Shown piece after piece: positions 49,641 to 59,105 of a stretch of DNA of 64,000 nucleotides. The position numbers and the translations under genes were made by a program. The notes beneath the pieces were generated by a model that was given only the letters and a program-made list of their open reading frames with translations, did no database searches and was not told the origin of the DNA. Origin of the DNA: an uncultured Candidatus Saccharibacteria bacterium (GTDB taxonomy: Bacteria > Patescibacteriota > Doudnabacteria > UBA920); the NCBI GenBank assembly GCA_964612745.1, contig CAZTCH010000004.1, forward strand, positions 29,382 to 93,381, written 5' to 3'. How positions within the stretch are numbered: the stretch's first letter is position 1; each line of letters begins with the position of its first letter.

Positions 49641-49695
49641 CCTACCCTTCGGCCGTGAGCTCAGGGTCGAACGACAACCTAACTCCTAATTCCTA
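49641..49695. repeat. 55-nt dispersed repeat, copy 2
   Basis: Matches 2013-2067 with one mismatch. Confidence 0.85.
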
Positions 49696-49704
49696 GCCCC
49701 TACT

Positions 49705-52563
49705 CTAAAGCATTTTCTTCAAATACTGCCCTGTGTAGCTCGTTTTTACTTTGGCAACTTCTTCTGGTGTTCCCACGGCAACGACTTGCCCACCTTTGTT
49801 TCCACCTTCGGGACCAAGGTCAATAATCCAGTCTGCAGTTTTAATCATGTCTAAGTTGTGTTCAATGACCACAACCGTGTTTCCTTTTTCTACCAACCGA
49901 TTTAACACATGCACCAGTCTTCGTACGTCTCCAAAATGCAACCCTGTGGTTGGCTCGTCTAAGATGTACAGTGTTTTACCAGTGGAAGCACGAGAGAGTT
50001 CGGTTGCCAGTTTAATACGCTGCGCTTCTCCACCAGACAGAGTGGTCGCATTTTGCCCTAAGTGCATATACCCCAACCCAACTTCGGAGAGTGTATCTAA
50101 TTTTTTCTTGATTGCGGGTATATGCGCAAAGAACGTTGCACCTTCATCTACGGTCATTTCAAGTACATCGGAAATAGTTTTACTATTGTAGTGAATCTCG
50201 AGTGCTTCTCTGTTATATCGCTTCCCCTTACATTCTTCACAGGTAATGTACACATCTGGCAAAAAGTTCATTTCCACCTTCAACACACCATCACCAGAAC
50301 ACTTTTCGCACCGCCCACCTTTTACATTAAAGCTAAAACGTCCTGCGCCATAGCCTTTCATTTTGGCTTCTCTGGTTTCTGCAAACAAATCACGAATTGG
50401 CGTGAATAAACCGGTATAGGTAGCAGGGTTACTGCGTGGAGTTCTCCCGATTGGCGACTGGTCAATGTTAATAAACTTGTCGATATGGTCGACGCCCAAA
50501 ATTTTCTTAAACGCCCCTGGTTCGTCTACACTATCGTAAAAAAACTGACCTAAGTGCTTTGCCAAAATATCGTTTAGGAGTGTTGATTTACCACTACCAG
50601 ACACACCGGTAATGCACACCATTTTCCCCAAAGGAATATCCACGTTCACATCTTTCAAGTTAAACTCGGACGCACCAATAATAGACAACTTCTTGCCGTT
50701 GCCTGCTCTGCGCCGTTTTGGAACTTCGATTTTTTCTGTACCAGCCAAGTATCGTCCGGTGCTCGATGCTGTATTTTTCTCTACTTGCGCCGGTGTTCCT
50801 TCTGCAACGAGTTGCCCACCGTGCTTGCCAGCCCCTGGGCCAATGTCTATTAACCAATCTGCTTCGCGCATAGTTTCTTCGTCGTGTTCCACCACAATAA
50901 CGGTATTACCAAGGTCGCGTAAGTTTCTGAGCGTGGCTAAAAGCCGCGTGTTATCGCGTTGGTGCAACCCAATAGATGGTTCATCTAAAATATAGAGCAC
51001 ACCGGTTAGTCCACTCCCAATTTGAGTTGCTAGTCGAATGCGCTGTGCTTCCCCACCAGACAAAGTGTCTGCGGTTCTGTCGAGCGTCAAATATGACAAC
51101 CCTACATTAAGCAAGAAAGACAAGCGAGCACTTACTTCTTTTAATACAAGTTTTGCTATGGCGAGATCTTTAGCATTGAGCTGTTTTGGAAGTGCTTCAA
51201 AAAACTCTGCAGTCTGTTCTATGCTCTGCGCCGATACTTCCACAATCCCTTTTCCGCCAATGGTTACTGCAAGCACTTCTGGTTTTAACCGCTTCCCATT
51301 ACATGTTGGACATGACCGAATGCGCATGTACGTCTCTATATCTGTACGCATAAAGTCTGACTCGGTTTCGCCGTATCTGCGTTCTAAGTTCGGGATGACC
51401 CCTTCGAAGATTGCCACGTAGGAGTTCTGCCCGTAATCCATAGGCATCTGAATTTTTTTGTCGCCCGTACCGTACAAAATTATATCTATATGCTTTTTGG
51501 CAATATCTTTAACGGGTACTTCCAAAGAAAACCCGTACTCTTTCGCAAGAGCAGTCAGCACCCGCAAGTACCAACTCTGACGCCCCACACTTTTACTCCA
51601 TGGGCGAATAGCCCCTTCTGCCAAAGTAAGTTTTAGATTTGGAATAACCAGTTCTGGTTCTACAATAAGCTTATTCCCCAGCCCTTTACACTCGGGACAG
51701 GCACCATGCGGGCTGTTGAAACTAAAGTCACGTGGATCAAGTGAAGTCATTTGTACATGCCCTTCTGGACACGCAAAGTTTTGCGACATCATGGACTCGC
51801 CCAATACTTTTCCTGCTTCGTCTACGGTAAGCACAATAACCAAGCCGTCACCCATTTCTGCTGCTTTTTCTAATGCCTCTGTAAGACGACCACGCTCTTC
51901 TGCGTGCACGCTAATCCGGTCTACCACTACTTCTATAGTATGTTTCTTTTGCTTATCCAAAACACTCGACAGTGCTTCTTGCAAATCCATAACTACACCA
52001 TCTAGGCGAACTCTGGAAAAACCTGCTTTGCGGATATTTTCAAACACCAATCGGTGCTCCCCTTTTTGGTCACGAATAAATGGCGCAAGCAACATAATGC
52101 GCGTACCGGAAGGAAGCCCGAGCAACTGTTCGGTCATGGCGTGGAGCGTCTGCCCTGTAATACGCTTTCCACACACCGGACAATGTGGCACACCAACGCG
52201 CGCCCACAACAGACGCATGTAGTCGTAAATTTCCGTAACCGTACCTACAGTCGAACGCGGGTTGTGGGAAGCAGACTTTTGGTCAATGGAGATTGCCGGA
52301 GAAAGACCATCTATACGGTCCACGTCTGGCTTGTCCATGAGACCAATAAACTGCCGAGCGTACGCAGACAAAGACTCGACGTAGCGCCGTTGTCCTTCTG
52401 CATAAATAGTGTCAAACGCAAGACTCGACTTCCCCGAGCCAGACAACCCTGTAATAACTACCAACTTGTTGCGGGGAATGTCTATGTCTATACCTTTTAA
52501 ATTGTGCTGCCGCGCTCCACGGACAGAAATATATTTAGATGAGTCTTTGGTTTCTTTAGCCAT
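49705..52563 (-). CDS. uvrA: Excinuclease ABC subunit A
   Basis: Two ABC domains (GLSGSGKS, GVSGSGKS, LSGGEAQRI x2), zinc fingers. Confidence 0.99.
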   Translation of the reverse strand: MAKETKDSSKYISVRGARQHNLKGIDIDIPRNKLVVITGLSGSGKSSLAFDTIYAEGQRRYVESLSAYARQFIGLMDKPDVDRIDGLSPAISIDQKSASHNPRSTVGTVTEIYDYMRLLWARVGVPHCPVCGKRITGQTLHAMTEQLLGLPSGTRIMLLAPFIRDQKGEHRLVFENIRKAGFSRVRLDGVVMDLQEALSSVLDKQKKHTIEVVVDRISVHAEERGRLTEALEKAAEMGDGLVIVLTVDEAGKVLGESMMSQNFACPEGHVQMTSLDPRDFSFNSPHGACPECKGLGNKLIVEPELVIPNLKLTLAEGAIRPWSKSVGRQSWYLRVLTALAKEYGFSLEVPVKDIAKKHIDIILYGTGDKKIQMPMDYGQNSYVAIFEGVIPNLERRYGETESDFMRTDIETYMRIRSCPTCNGKRLKPEVLAVTIGGKGIVEVSAQSIEQTAEFFEALPKQLNAKDLAIAKLVLKEVSARLSFLLNVGLSYLTLDRTADTLSGGEAQRIRLATQIGSGLTGVLYILDEPSIGLHQRDNTRLLATLRNLRDLGNTVIVVEHDEETMREADWLIDIGPGAGKHGGQLVAEGTPAQVEKNTASSTGRYLAGTEKIEVPKRRRAGNGKKLSIIGASEFNLKDVNVDIPLGKMVCITGVSGSGKSTLLNDILAKHLGQFFYDSVDEPGAFKKILGVDHIDKFINIDQSPIGRTPRSNPATYTGLFTPIRDLFAETREAKMKGYGAGRFSFNVKGGRCEKCSGDGVLKVEMNFLPDVYITCEECKGKRYNREALEIHYNSKTISDVLEMTVDEGATFFAHIPAIKKKLDTLSEVGLGYMHLGQNATTLSGGEAQRIKLATELSRASTGKTLYILDEPTTGLHFGDVRRLVHVLNRLVEKGNTVVVIEHNLDMIKTADWIIDLGPEGGNKGGQVVAVGTPEEVAKVKTSYTGQYLKKML

Positions 52564-52567
52564 AAAG

Positions 52568-52680
52568 CAGTGAATAGTGGACAGTCGTTCGAGACCCTAA
52601 TGGGTTCTCAGACCCCCGAAGGGTGGGCAGTGACTAGTGGACCAACTGGTGCACTGTTCACTGATAACTGTTTACTGTTA
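52568..52680. repeat. Inverted heptamer arrays (CAGTGAA/TAGTGGA vs CACTGTT/CACTGAT) with embedded double hairpin
   Basis: Embedded GTTCGAGACCCTAATGGGTTCTCAGACCCCCGAAGGG. Confidence 0.7.
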
Positions 52681-52858
52681 TTTATACTAACGTACACCTT
52701 AGCATAAAAATGGAAAAGTTTCAACTGTCTAAGGGTTTCTTAGGGTATTTACCAAGTTAAAGTTAAACAGAATAAAAAAAGAGCGGTGCGTTATTCAAAC
52801 ACATCGCCCGCAAGCCATAAAGACTTTTCAAAGAACAAAAAACTTAGGATTGCTAAGT

Positions 52859-52945
52859 TTATCTTATAGCGACAAAAATGACTGCCGCCCAAAACCCAGC
52901 CAGCGCCAGCACCACCCATCCACATGGAGTGATTCTGGATTTCAT
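52859..52945 (-). CDS. Hydrophobic microprotein 4 (28 aa)
   Basis: TAAGGAGG RBS; MKSRITPCGWVVLALAGFWAAVIFVAIR. Confidence 0.7.
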   Translation of the reverse strand: MKSRITPCGWVVLALAGFWAAVIFVAIR

Positions 52946-52956
52946 GGCTTGCCTCC

Positions 52957-53076
52957 TTATTCAACAGCCTGAACTGCTGTTGTGAATCTGTCAGTTAATT
53001 TGTGACCGCCGCGCGTAGCAGATAAAACCACTAAGCACAACGCGATTAGAATCAGAATTGAAACAAATGCTTTCAT
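52957..53076 (-). CDS. Hydrophobic microprotein 3 (39 aa)
   Basis: ATGA overlap with upstream stop; MKAFVSILILIALCLVVLSATRGGHKLTDRFTTAVQAVE. Confidence 0.65.
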   Translation of the reverse strand: MKAFVSILILIALCLVVLSATRGGHKLTDRFTTAVQAVE

Positions 53077-53210
53077 AGCACTACCACCGTTACCACATAC
53101 ATAACTATGGCGGCGGCGGCGCCGAAAGCTAGGGCTTTTGGGCTTCTGCTAAATATGGCGGTGACAGCACCACCAACGAAGCCAGAAGCTATAAATGATG
53201 CGAGATTCAT
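53073..53210 (-). CDS. Hydrophobic microprotein 2 (45 aa)
   Basis: CAGGAG RBS; MNLASFIASGFVGGAVTAIFSRSPKALAFGAAAAIVMYVVTVVVL. Confidence 0.68.
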   Translation of the reverse strand: MNLASFIASGFVGGAVTAIFSRSPKALAFGAAAAIVMYVVTVVVL

Positions 53211-53235
53211 AAAACTCCTGTAGTTGTGTCAATTT

Positions 53236-53346
53236 TTACAGTAGCCAAAAATATGCAGCCACTGCGATTACCGTAGCCAAAAGTACGACTACGACAGAAA
53301 CTACACACCCCAATGGTGGTAGTTCTGGCCCGTCGCCTGGGTTCAT
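53236..53346 (-). CDS. Hydrophobic microprotein 1 (36 aa)
   Basis: TAGGAGGAG RBS; MNPGDGPELPPLGCVVSVVVVLLATVIAVAAYFWLL. Confidence 0.7.
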   Translation of the reverse strand: MNPGDGPELPPLGCVVSVVVVLLATVIAVAAYFWLL

Positions 53347-53507
53347 TTATCTCCTCCTAAAGAGCCAAACAATAGGCTTTTGTGGCAGGTCAGCCGCTTG
53401 GCTGCCTGCGGGGTTTTATACATAACTACTCGCGCAAGTGCGAGTATTTATGCTATGGTTATACCACAATAGTCAACATTCGGCAATAGCCAGCACACAC
53501 CCCCAAA

Positions 53508-55553
53508 ATGGCCCAAACACTACAAAACCAAATAGTTCACTTCCCTCACGCTGCAGGATGCTACCTTTTTAAGGACGCCGCTGGAGTGGTTTTGTACGTG
53601 GGCAAAGCAAAAGACTTGCGAAAGCGCACATCGCAATACTTCGGGCAAGACAAACGACCACAGCTCCCCTTTTTAATAGAGGAAGCCACGAGCATAGATT
53701 TTATAGTAGCCCGAACTGAGCTAGAGGCGCTGTTTTTGGAAAACACGCTCATTAAAAAGCACAATCCTAAGTACAACATTAAACTAAAGGACGACAAAAA
53801 CTACGCGTTCATTGCCATTAACAACAGCACGCAAATCCCCCAAATTGGGTATGTCCGCAAAATTACTGACTCGGCTAGTTTTACCCCATTTGTAAATCCA
53901 TCCGCCTCTTGGGGTAGTGGCAAACACGAACGCAAACGGCTAAAAGTAACCAGCAGCAAACGAGGGGCATCCTCGTCTGCCGCTGACGAGGATGCCCCTC
54001 GTCGTGCAGCAACCCATCTCTTACCAGCTAATTCCTACTTCGGGCCGTACAGTTCGGTAAAAAAAATCCGCGATACGCTAGATTTTGTGCGGAAGATTTT
54101 CCCTTACTGTGCAAATACCGAAGTTGGTACGCGTCCTTGTTTTTACTACCACCTACATCGCTGTCCTGGGGTTTGTATTGGCGTAATTAGCTTAGAAGAA
54201 TACGCTGGCAGTCTTGAACGTATAAAACTGTTTTTGCAAGGAAAGACTCAAGCAATAAAGAAAGAACTACGCACGAGCATGCACGCAGCTTCTGCCAACA
54301 AACGGTTCGAGCTTGCCGCACGATTGCGTGACCAACTCAAGGCACTTGAGCTACTAGACGAACGACAGATTGCCCAGTTCCCCAGCAAAGTAAATTATGA
54401 CTTTATATCTACCGCAGAATCCGGTGCTTTGTGTTGTGTGAATTTGTTTAAAGTACGCGACGGCAAACTCACCGACAAAGAAAGTTTTGTGTACAGCCAA
54501 ACAACCACCGAGCAAGTTATCGAAGAAGAAAATACAAACCAAGTTGTTTCTTCTGCGGCCATGTTCCAACAAAAATTTGCCGAAACGTACTACGCAGAAA
54601 CAACAGACGTCCCTGCTGCGATTTTTACGCAACACGCATTCCCCGACCCTGACTTTATTACCGCCGTCCTCCAACATCGCACAACAAAGAAAATACCACT
54701 CAGCGTGCCCAAACGTGGTAAACAAGTACAACTCATTTCTCTTGGTGCAACAAATGCAGCAGAGTACTTGCGCAAAACACTCGCCACAGACGCTACCGAT
54801 GCCGACAAGCTACACGAAGCACTCGTCTTTCTACAGCAAACACTCAAGCTACCTACCTTACCCAGACGAATAGAATGCTACGACATGTCCAACACGCAAG
54901 GCACCAACCCTGTGGGAAGTATGGTTGTGTTTGTAGACGGCAAACCAGCCAAATCGGAATACCGTAAATTTAAAATCCGAAGCAAAGACACTCCGGACGA
55001 CTTTGCCATGATGCGAGAAGTACTAACTCGTAGACTCGCCAGAATGCAAAATGCAAAATTAGAAATGCAAAATGAAGAGCAAGAGACTTCTGCGCTCCCG
55101 CTCTGGCCAAGACCCGACCTTATAGTAATTGACGGTGGCAAAGGACAACTCTCGGCTGCTCTATCTGCGCAAGATTCATTTCTAAAAGGTATAAGCTATA
55201 AGCTAGCAGCTATTCCAATGGTTGGACTTGCCAAGCGCATAGAAGAAATTTTCCTACCAGAAAACCCTGTACCAATTATTCTGAATCACGACACTCCTGC
55301 ACTGCAAATGTTGCAAAGGCTACGTGACGAAGCTCATCGTTTTGGCATAACCTTCCACCGCTCTTTGCGCAGCAAACAAGCTACCAAATCTGCGCTGGAC
55401 ACCATTGCTGGAATTGGTCCAAAAACAAAAAAACTGCTCAAACAAAAGTTTGGAACAGTCAGCGCCATAAAAGAAGCGCTCCGCACAGAACCAGAAAAAC
55501 TGGAAGCACTCGTAGGTAAAGTAAAAGCAGAGATACTAAAGAAAAATCTGTAA
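53508..55553 (+). CDS. uvrC: Excinuclease ABC subunit C (with repeat-derived in-frame insertions)
   Basis: GIY-YIG (GCYLF...YVGKAKDL), RIECYDMSN, IDGGKGQL, RDEAHRF, HhH. Confidence 0.97.
   Translation: MAQTLQNQIVHFPHAAGCYLFKDAAGVVLYVGKAKDLRKRTSQYFGQDKRPQLPFLIEEATSIDFIVARTELEALFLENTLIKKHNPKYNIKLKDDKNYAFIAINNSTQIPQIGYVRKITDSASFTPFVNPSASWGSGKHERKRLKVTSSKRGASSSAADEDAPRRAATHLLPANSYFGPYSSVKKIRDTLDFVRKIFPYCANTEVGTRPCFYYHLHRCPGVCIGVISLEEYAGSLERIKLFLQGKTQAIKKELRTSMHAASANKRFELAARLRDQLKALELLDERQIAQFPSKVNYDFISTAESGALCCVNLFKVRDGKLTDKESFVYSQTTTEQVIEEENTNQVVSSAAMFQQKFAETYYAETTDVPAAIFTQHAFPDPDFITAVLQHRTTKKIPLSVPKRGKQVQLISLGATNAAEYLRKTLATDATDADKLHEALVFLQQTLKLPTLPRRIECYDMSNTQGTNPVGSMVVFVDGKPAKSEYRKFKIRSKDTPDDFAMMREVLTRRLARMQNAKLEMQNEEQETSALPLWPRPDLIVIDGGKGQLSAALSAQDSFLKGISYKLAAIPMVGLAKRIEEIFLPENPVPIILNHDTPALQMLQRLRDEAHRFGITFHRSLRSKQATKSALDTIAGIGPKTKKLLKQKFGTVSAIKEALRTEPEKLEALVGKVKAEILKKNL
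53960..54002. repeat. Perfect 18-bp inverted repeat inside uvrC
   Basis: ACGAGGGGCATCCTCGTC-TGCCGCT-GACGAGGATGCCCCTCGT. Confidence 0.9.
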
Positions 55554-55667
55554 ATACGCTTCGATACCACGGGTCCTTTTTACCACATTAAAATGAAAAC
55601 CGGTTAGAGTGCATGTTTCATCTGTCGCACACTAACCGGTAATTAGACTACCTCAGTCATTCCCCCT

Positions 55668-56027
55668 TCATTTTACCCAAGACACGTTGTATTTTGGGAA
55701 TTTTGTTTTTACATACTTTTGGATTTCGCTTCGTTGCTGGTGACACCCCTCCTTATAGCCGCGATATTGGTACGAGGCCTGTCCAGCTGGACCAGCAGCT
55801 TCTTGAGGGGAAAAACCAACGATCTCCACCTTGTTTTTTGTCACATACAAAAGCAATTGCGCACCCTTGTATAGAACATCTGTTTTTATGTTGTCGCGAT
55901 TCGGCGTCGTGAAGATGCCGATTTCTCCAACGCAACTAACTGGTGGAGCTTCGTCCTGAGCATTCACTACAACTGCAAAGCAGCTTGTGAAAGTCAGCAC
56001 CAACACCAACTTGAACACTAATTTCAT
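55668..56027 (-). CDS. Hypothetical secreted protein
   Basis: GAGGGAG RBS; signal peptide ending VNA|Q. Confidence 0.7.
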   Translation of the reverse strand: MKLVFKLVLVLTFTSCFAVVVNAQDEAPPVSCVGEIGIFTTPNRDNIKTDVLYKGAQLLLYVTKNKVEIVGFSPQEAAGPAGQASYQYRGYKEGCHQQRSEIQKYVKTKFPKYNVSWVK

Positions 56028-56095
56028 CTCTAACTCCCTCGGAATAGGTCAAGGCTGCAGTTGCCCTGAGATGTTTTTTATTTTTAGCCAATCAC

Positions 56096-56845
56096 CTACA
56101 AAGGCAGCTTTGCCAAGCCGTGATGGTAAGAGTAAATTGCCAGCTCAAAGCGGTCACCCACATCAAGCTTGGCAAAAATCGAAGACAAGTGATGCCGAAC
56201 GGTAATAACACTCAGCGAGAGCCGGTCGGCAATTTGTTGATTGCGCAAACCCTCACCGAGTAAACCAATAACTTCTCGCTCGCGTTCAGTAAGCTGTGCA
56301 ATCTTGGCTGCTTCGTCAGGTTCGCTTGAACCCGCTTGTTGCCAAGTTTGTACTATTTGCACAGCCTGTGACCCTATAGCTTGAGCTGTTGGCACGTCAG
56401 ATTGTTTGGTAGTCCACAGATCAGACAACATTCTTGCGGCCAACGCTCCATCTACCCATACTTCACCAGCATGGACTTTTGTTATAGCAGCCACCAGAGC
56501 TTCACTGGAATCCGTTTTTCGAACAATGCCGTATGCGCCAATCATTACGATTTTGTACAACATGCCTAAGTCGCGCACGCCAGTCAAAACCAAAATTTTA
56601 GCTAGGGGCATTTTTTCCAGTAACTTTGGAATACAGTCAAAATCTAGCCCCCCATCTTTTTGATGGATGTCAAGCAAAATTACATCTGGTTGGTAGTGCG
56701 CAGCAGACGCCCCACCAAGTTCTTCTAACGTTAATTGAGCTACAACTTGGAATCTTTGTGATTCAAGCAGTAGCACTAAGCCAGCACGCATGACTCCTTC
56801 GCCTTGCACGACTAGAACCTTTATGGCAGGTGCGATAGCAGACAT
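56096..56845 (-). CDS. NarL/FixJ-family response regulator (REC plus LuxR HTH)
   Basis: PDVILLDI, LTEREREVI, GLRNQQIA, TVRHHLSSIFAKL. Confidence 0.92.
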   Translation of the reverse strand: MSAIAPAIKVLVVQGEGVMRAGLVLLLESQRFQVVAQLTLEELGGASAAHYQPDVILLDIHQKDGGLDFDCIPKLLEKMPLAKILVLTGVRDLGMLYKIVMIGAYGIVRKTDSSEALVAAITKVHAGEVWVDGALAARMLSDLWTTKQSDVPTAQAIGSQAVQIVQTWQQAGSSEPDEAAKIAQLTEREREVIGLLGEGLRNQQIADRLSLSVITVRHHLSSIFAKLDVGDRFELAIYSYHHGLAKLPL

Positions 56846-57106
56846 AGTCCCCCCTATTTTGATGCATTCTAAATCTGTATCTACGAAGCTGTATACGAGA
56901 AGCTTCGAGTACCGTTTGAAGTAGGCGCGATTGCCTGCCCCAAATTAGAACTCGAAAACGCCAGAAACCCTAAACAAGAAAACATACTATACCATATATC
57001 CACAAAAAATACAAGATTGACCAGAACCCCAATTTTCCAGTATGCTAAATGTGCTTTAGTTGGAATTTTCTATTCATAAGTCACTTTCCACTATTTGTTT
57101 AATTCC

Positions 57107-57343
57107 ATGAAACTTCTCCCTCAGATAATCCAGCTAGCAAACATTATTTCAATGGTTTTGCTTATCATTTTCATTACTTTGCAAAACCGCTCTCAGGGGC
57201 TTTCCACCGTTTTTGGTGGTTCCGGTACTATTACCGGTAGTCGCCGTGGGTTTGAAAAATGGTTGTTTTACGCAACTATTGTGGTAGCAATTCTTTTTTG
57301 CGGACTTAGCATTGCCAGCATCTTGATTGCTGTCAAAGCCTAA
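57107..57343 (+). CDS. secG: Preprotein translocase subunit SecG
   Basis: LQNRSQGLSTVFGG, RRGFEKWL between two TM helices. Confidence 0.9.
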   Translation: MKLLPQIIQLANIISMVLLIIFITLQNRSQGLSTVFGGSGTITGSRRGFEKWLFYATIVVAILFCGLSIASILIAVKA

Positions 57344-57349
57344 CCTTTT

Positions 57350-59044
57350 GTGAGGACATACACTATCCCCCACATATCCATACCGAAACTTTCCACCATT
57401 CGGAAAGTTTTTTCACTCTTACAGCCAGCAGAAAAATGGCTGGTCATGTTTTTATGCGTCACCATAATCCTCACTGGATTTTGGAATTGGCGTATTTTTT
57501 ATGCACGACACACGACGAGCATTCCTACTACTGGCGGCAGCATCACCGAAGGTGTGGTTGGACAACCAGAAGTAATCAACCCACTTCTCGCCACCACCCC
57601 CACAGACGAAGCTCTGGTACGCGCACTGTTCAGTGGTCTGTACCGCTACAACGAAGTGGGCCAAATCGTTCCCGACCTTGCTGCTGCTCTTCCAGAAATA
57701 AGCCCAGATGGCAAACAGTACCGCATTACTCTGCAAAACGATTTGCACTGGCATGATGGAGCACCACTCACCGCAAACGATGTGCTTTTTACTATTGCCC
57801 AAATCCAAAACGAAGCAATTGGCAGCCCACACAGAGAAGCTTGGCTTTCTACCACAGTGCAAAAGATAGACGACGTAACTGTAGTCTTTACCACCAAAGA
57901 AGTCAGTGGCCCATTTTTGCACAACCTAACTCTCCCACTCCTTTCTGAGCGAGCGTGGAAGACAATACCTGCAAGCCAATACAAACAATCGAGCAACAAC
58001 TTAAAACCAATTGGCAATGGTCCATTTAGCTTTGACCAAATAAAGAAAAACCCGACAGGGCAATACAGCATGCTCATTTTAAAACGGTTTGCCTTACACC
58101 CACGAGCGCCACACATAGACGAACTTCGTATTGCATTTTACGAAAACAGTTCAGACCTTACCCAAGCGTTTATTAACGGTAACGTCCAGCTTGTCGGTAG
58201 CATTGCTAGTGAAGCACCTGCAGAACTGGTAGAAACCCGTGCGAAACAAACCACCAGTCTGCTTGCGCAATATCAAGCTGCATTCTTCAACACCGAACGA
58301 CCAGTGCTCAAAGAGTTAGCTGTTCGCAAAGCGTTACGCATGGCAGTAGACAGCACTGCTATTGCAACTACAGCTTGGCAAAACAAAAACCGTGCGATTT
58401 CAGAAACACCATTTGGGCTCATGCTGGGCACAGTCAAAACCGCGCAGAGTAATGCAGCAACCGCCGCACAAATACTGGAAAATGCTGGGTGGCGCAAAAA
58501 CGCGCAAGGCATTCGTAGTAAAGGTGGCACCGCGCTCACTTTACACCTCTACACGAGCAGTAACCCTTCGTTCCGAGCAGCTGCTGAACTCCTCGCAGAA
58601 ACATGGAAACCACTTGGCGTACAAGTGATTGTGCATGCCGTACCCACGAACACGCTCATTGCCGAACATGTCCGCCCACGAGAATATGACATTTTACTAT
58701 TTTCACAACGCACAAGTGTAGACCCTGACCCTTTTGCATTTTGGCATTCTAGCCAAACCAAAGACCCTGGGCTGAACGTGTCCAACTTTGCCTCAAACGA
58801 AGCAGACCAGCTGATTACCGCAGCACGCAAAAATACCAACATAGCACTGCGCACTCCACTGTACGACCAACTCAAAGGCTTACTCGACACCCAAATCCCC
58901 GCCCTATACCTTACACAAGTTCAGTACACCTACTTCTCCAAAGATACAGTCACCACCCCTAGCATGAGTGGGTTACCTGACCCCAGCTGGCGCATGTCGT
59001 TTCTGTCTGATTTTTACGCTGAACAAAGCAGACGCTGGAAGTAA
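57350..59044 (+). CDS. ABC transporter substrate-binding protein, family 5
   Basis: INPL, LFSGL, PDLA, WHDGAPLTANDV, PIGNGPF. Confidence 0.9.
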   Translation: MRTYTIPHISIPKLSTIRKVFSLLQPAEKWLVMFLCVTIILTGFWNWRIFYARHTTSIPTTGGSITEGVVGQPEVINPLLATTPTDEALVRALFSGLYRYNEVGQIVPDLAAALPEISPDGKQYRITLQNDLHWHDGAPLTANDVLFTIAQIQNEAIGSPHREAWLSTTVQKIDDVTVVFTTKEVSGPFLHNLTLPLLSERAWKTIPASQYKQSSNNLKPIGNGPFSFDQIKKNPTGQYSMLILKRFALHPRAPHIDELRIAFYENSSDLTQAFINGNVQLVGSIASEAPAELVETRAKQTTSLLAQYQAAFFNTERPVLKELAVRKALRMAVDSTAIATTAWQNKNRAISETPFGLMLGTVKTAQSNAATAAQILENAGWRKNAQGIRSKGGTALTLHLYTSSNPSFRAAAELLAETWKPLGVQVIVHAVPTNTLIAEHVRPREYDILLFSQRTSVDPDPFAFWHSSQTKDPGLNVSNFASNEADQLITAARKNTNIALRTPLYDQLKGLLDTQIPALYLTQVQYTYFSKDTVTTPSMSGLPDPSWRMSFLSDFYAEQSRRWK

Positions 59045-59105
59045 CATATTGGCAGAGCTAGTATTCTTCGGCTATACTACACACTGTTGCGATAGCTAGG
59101 CTTTT

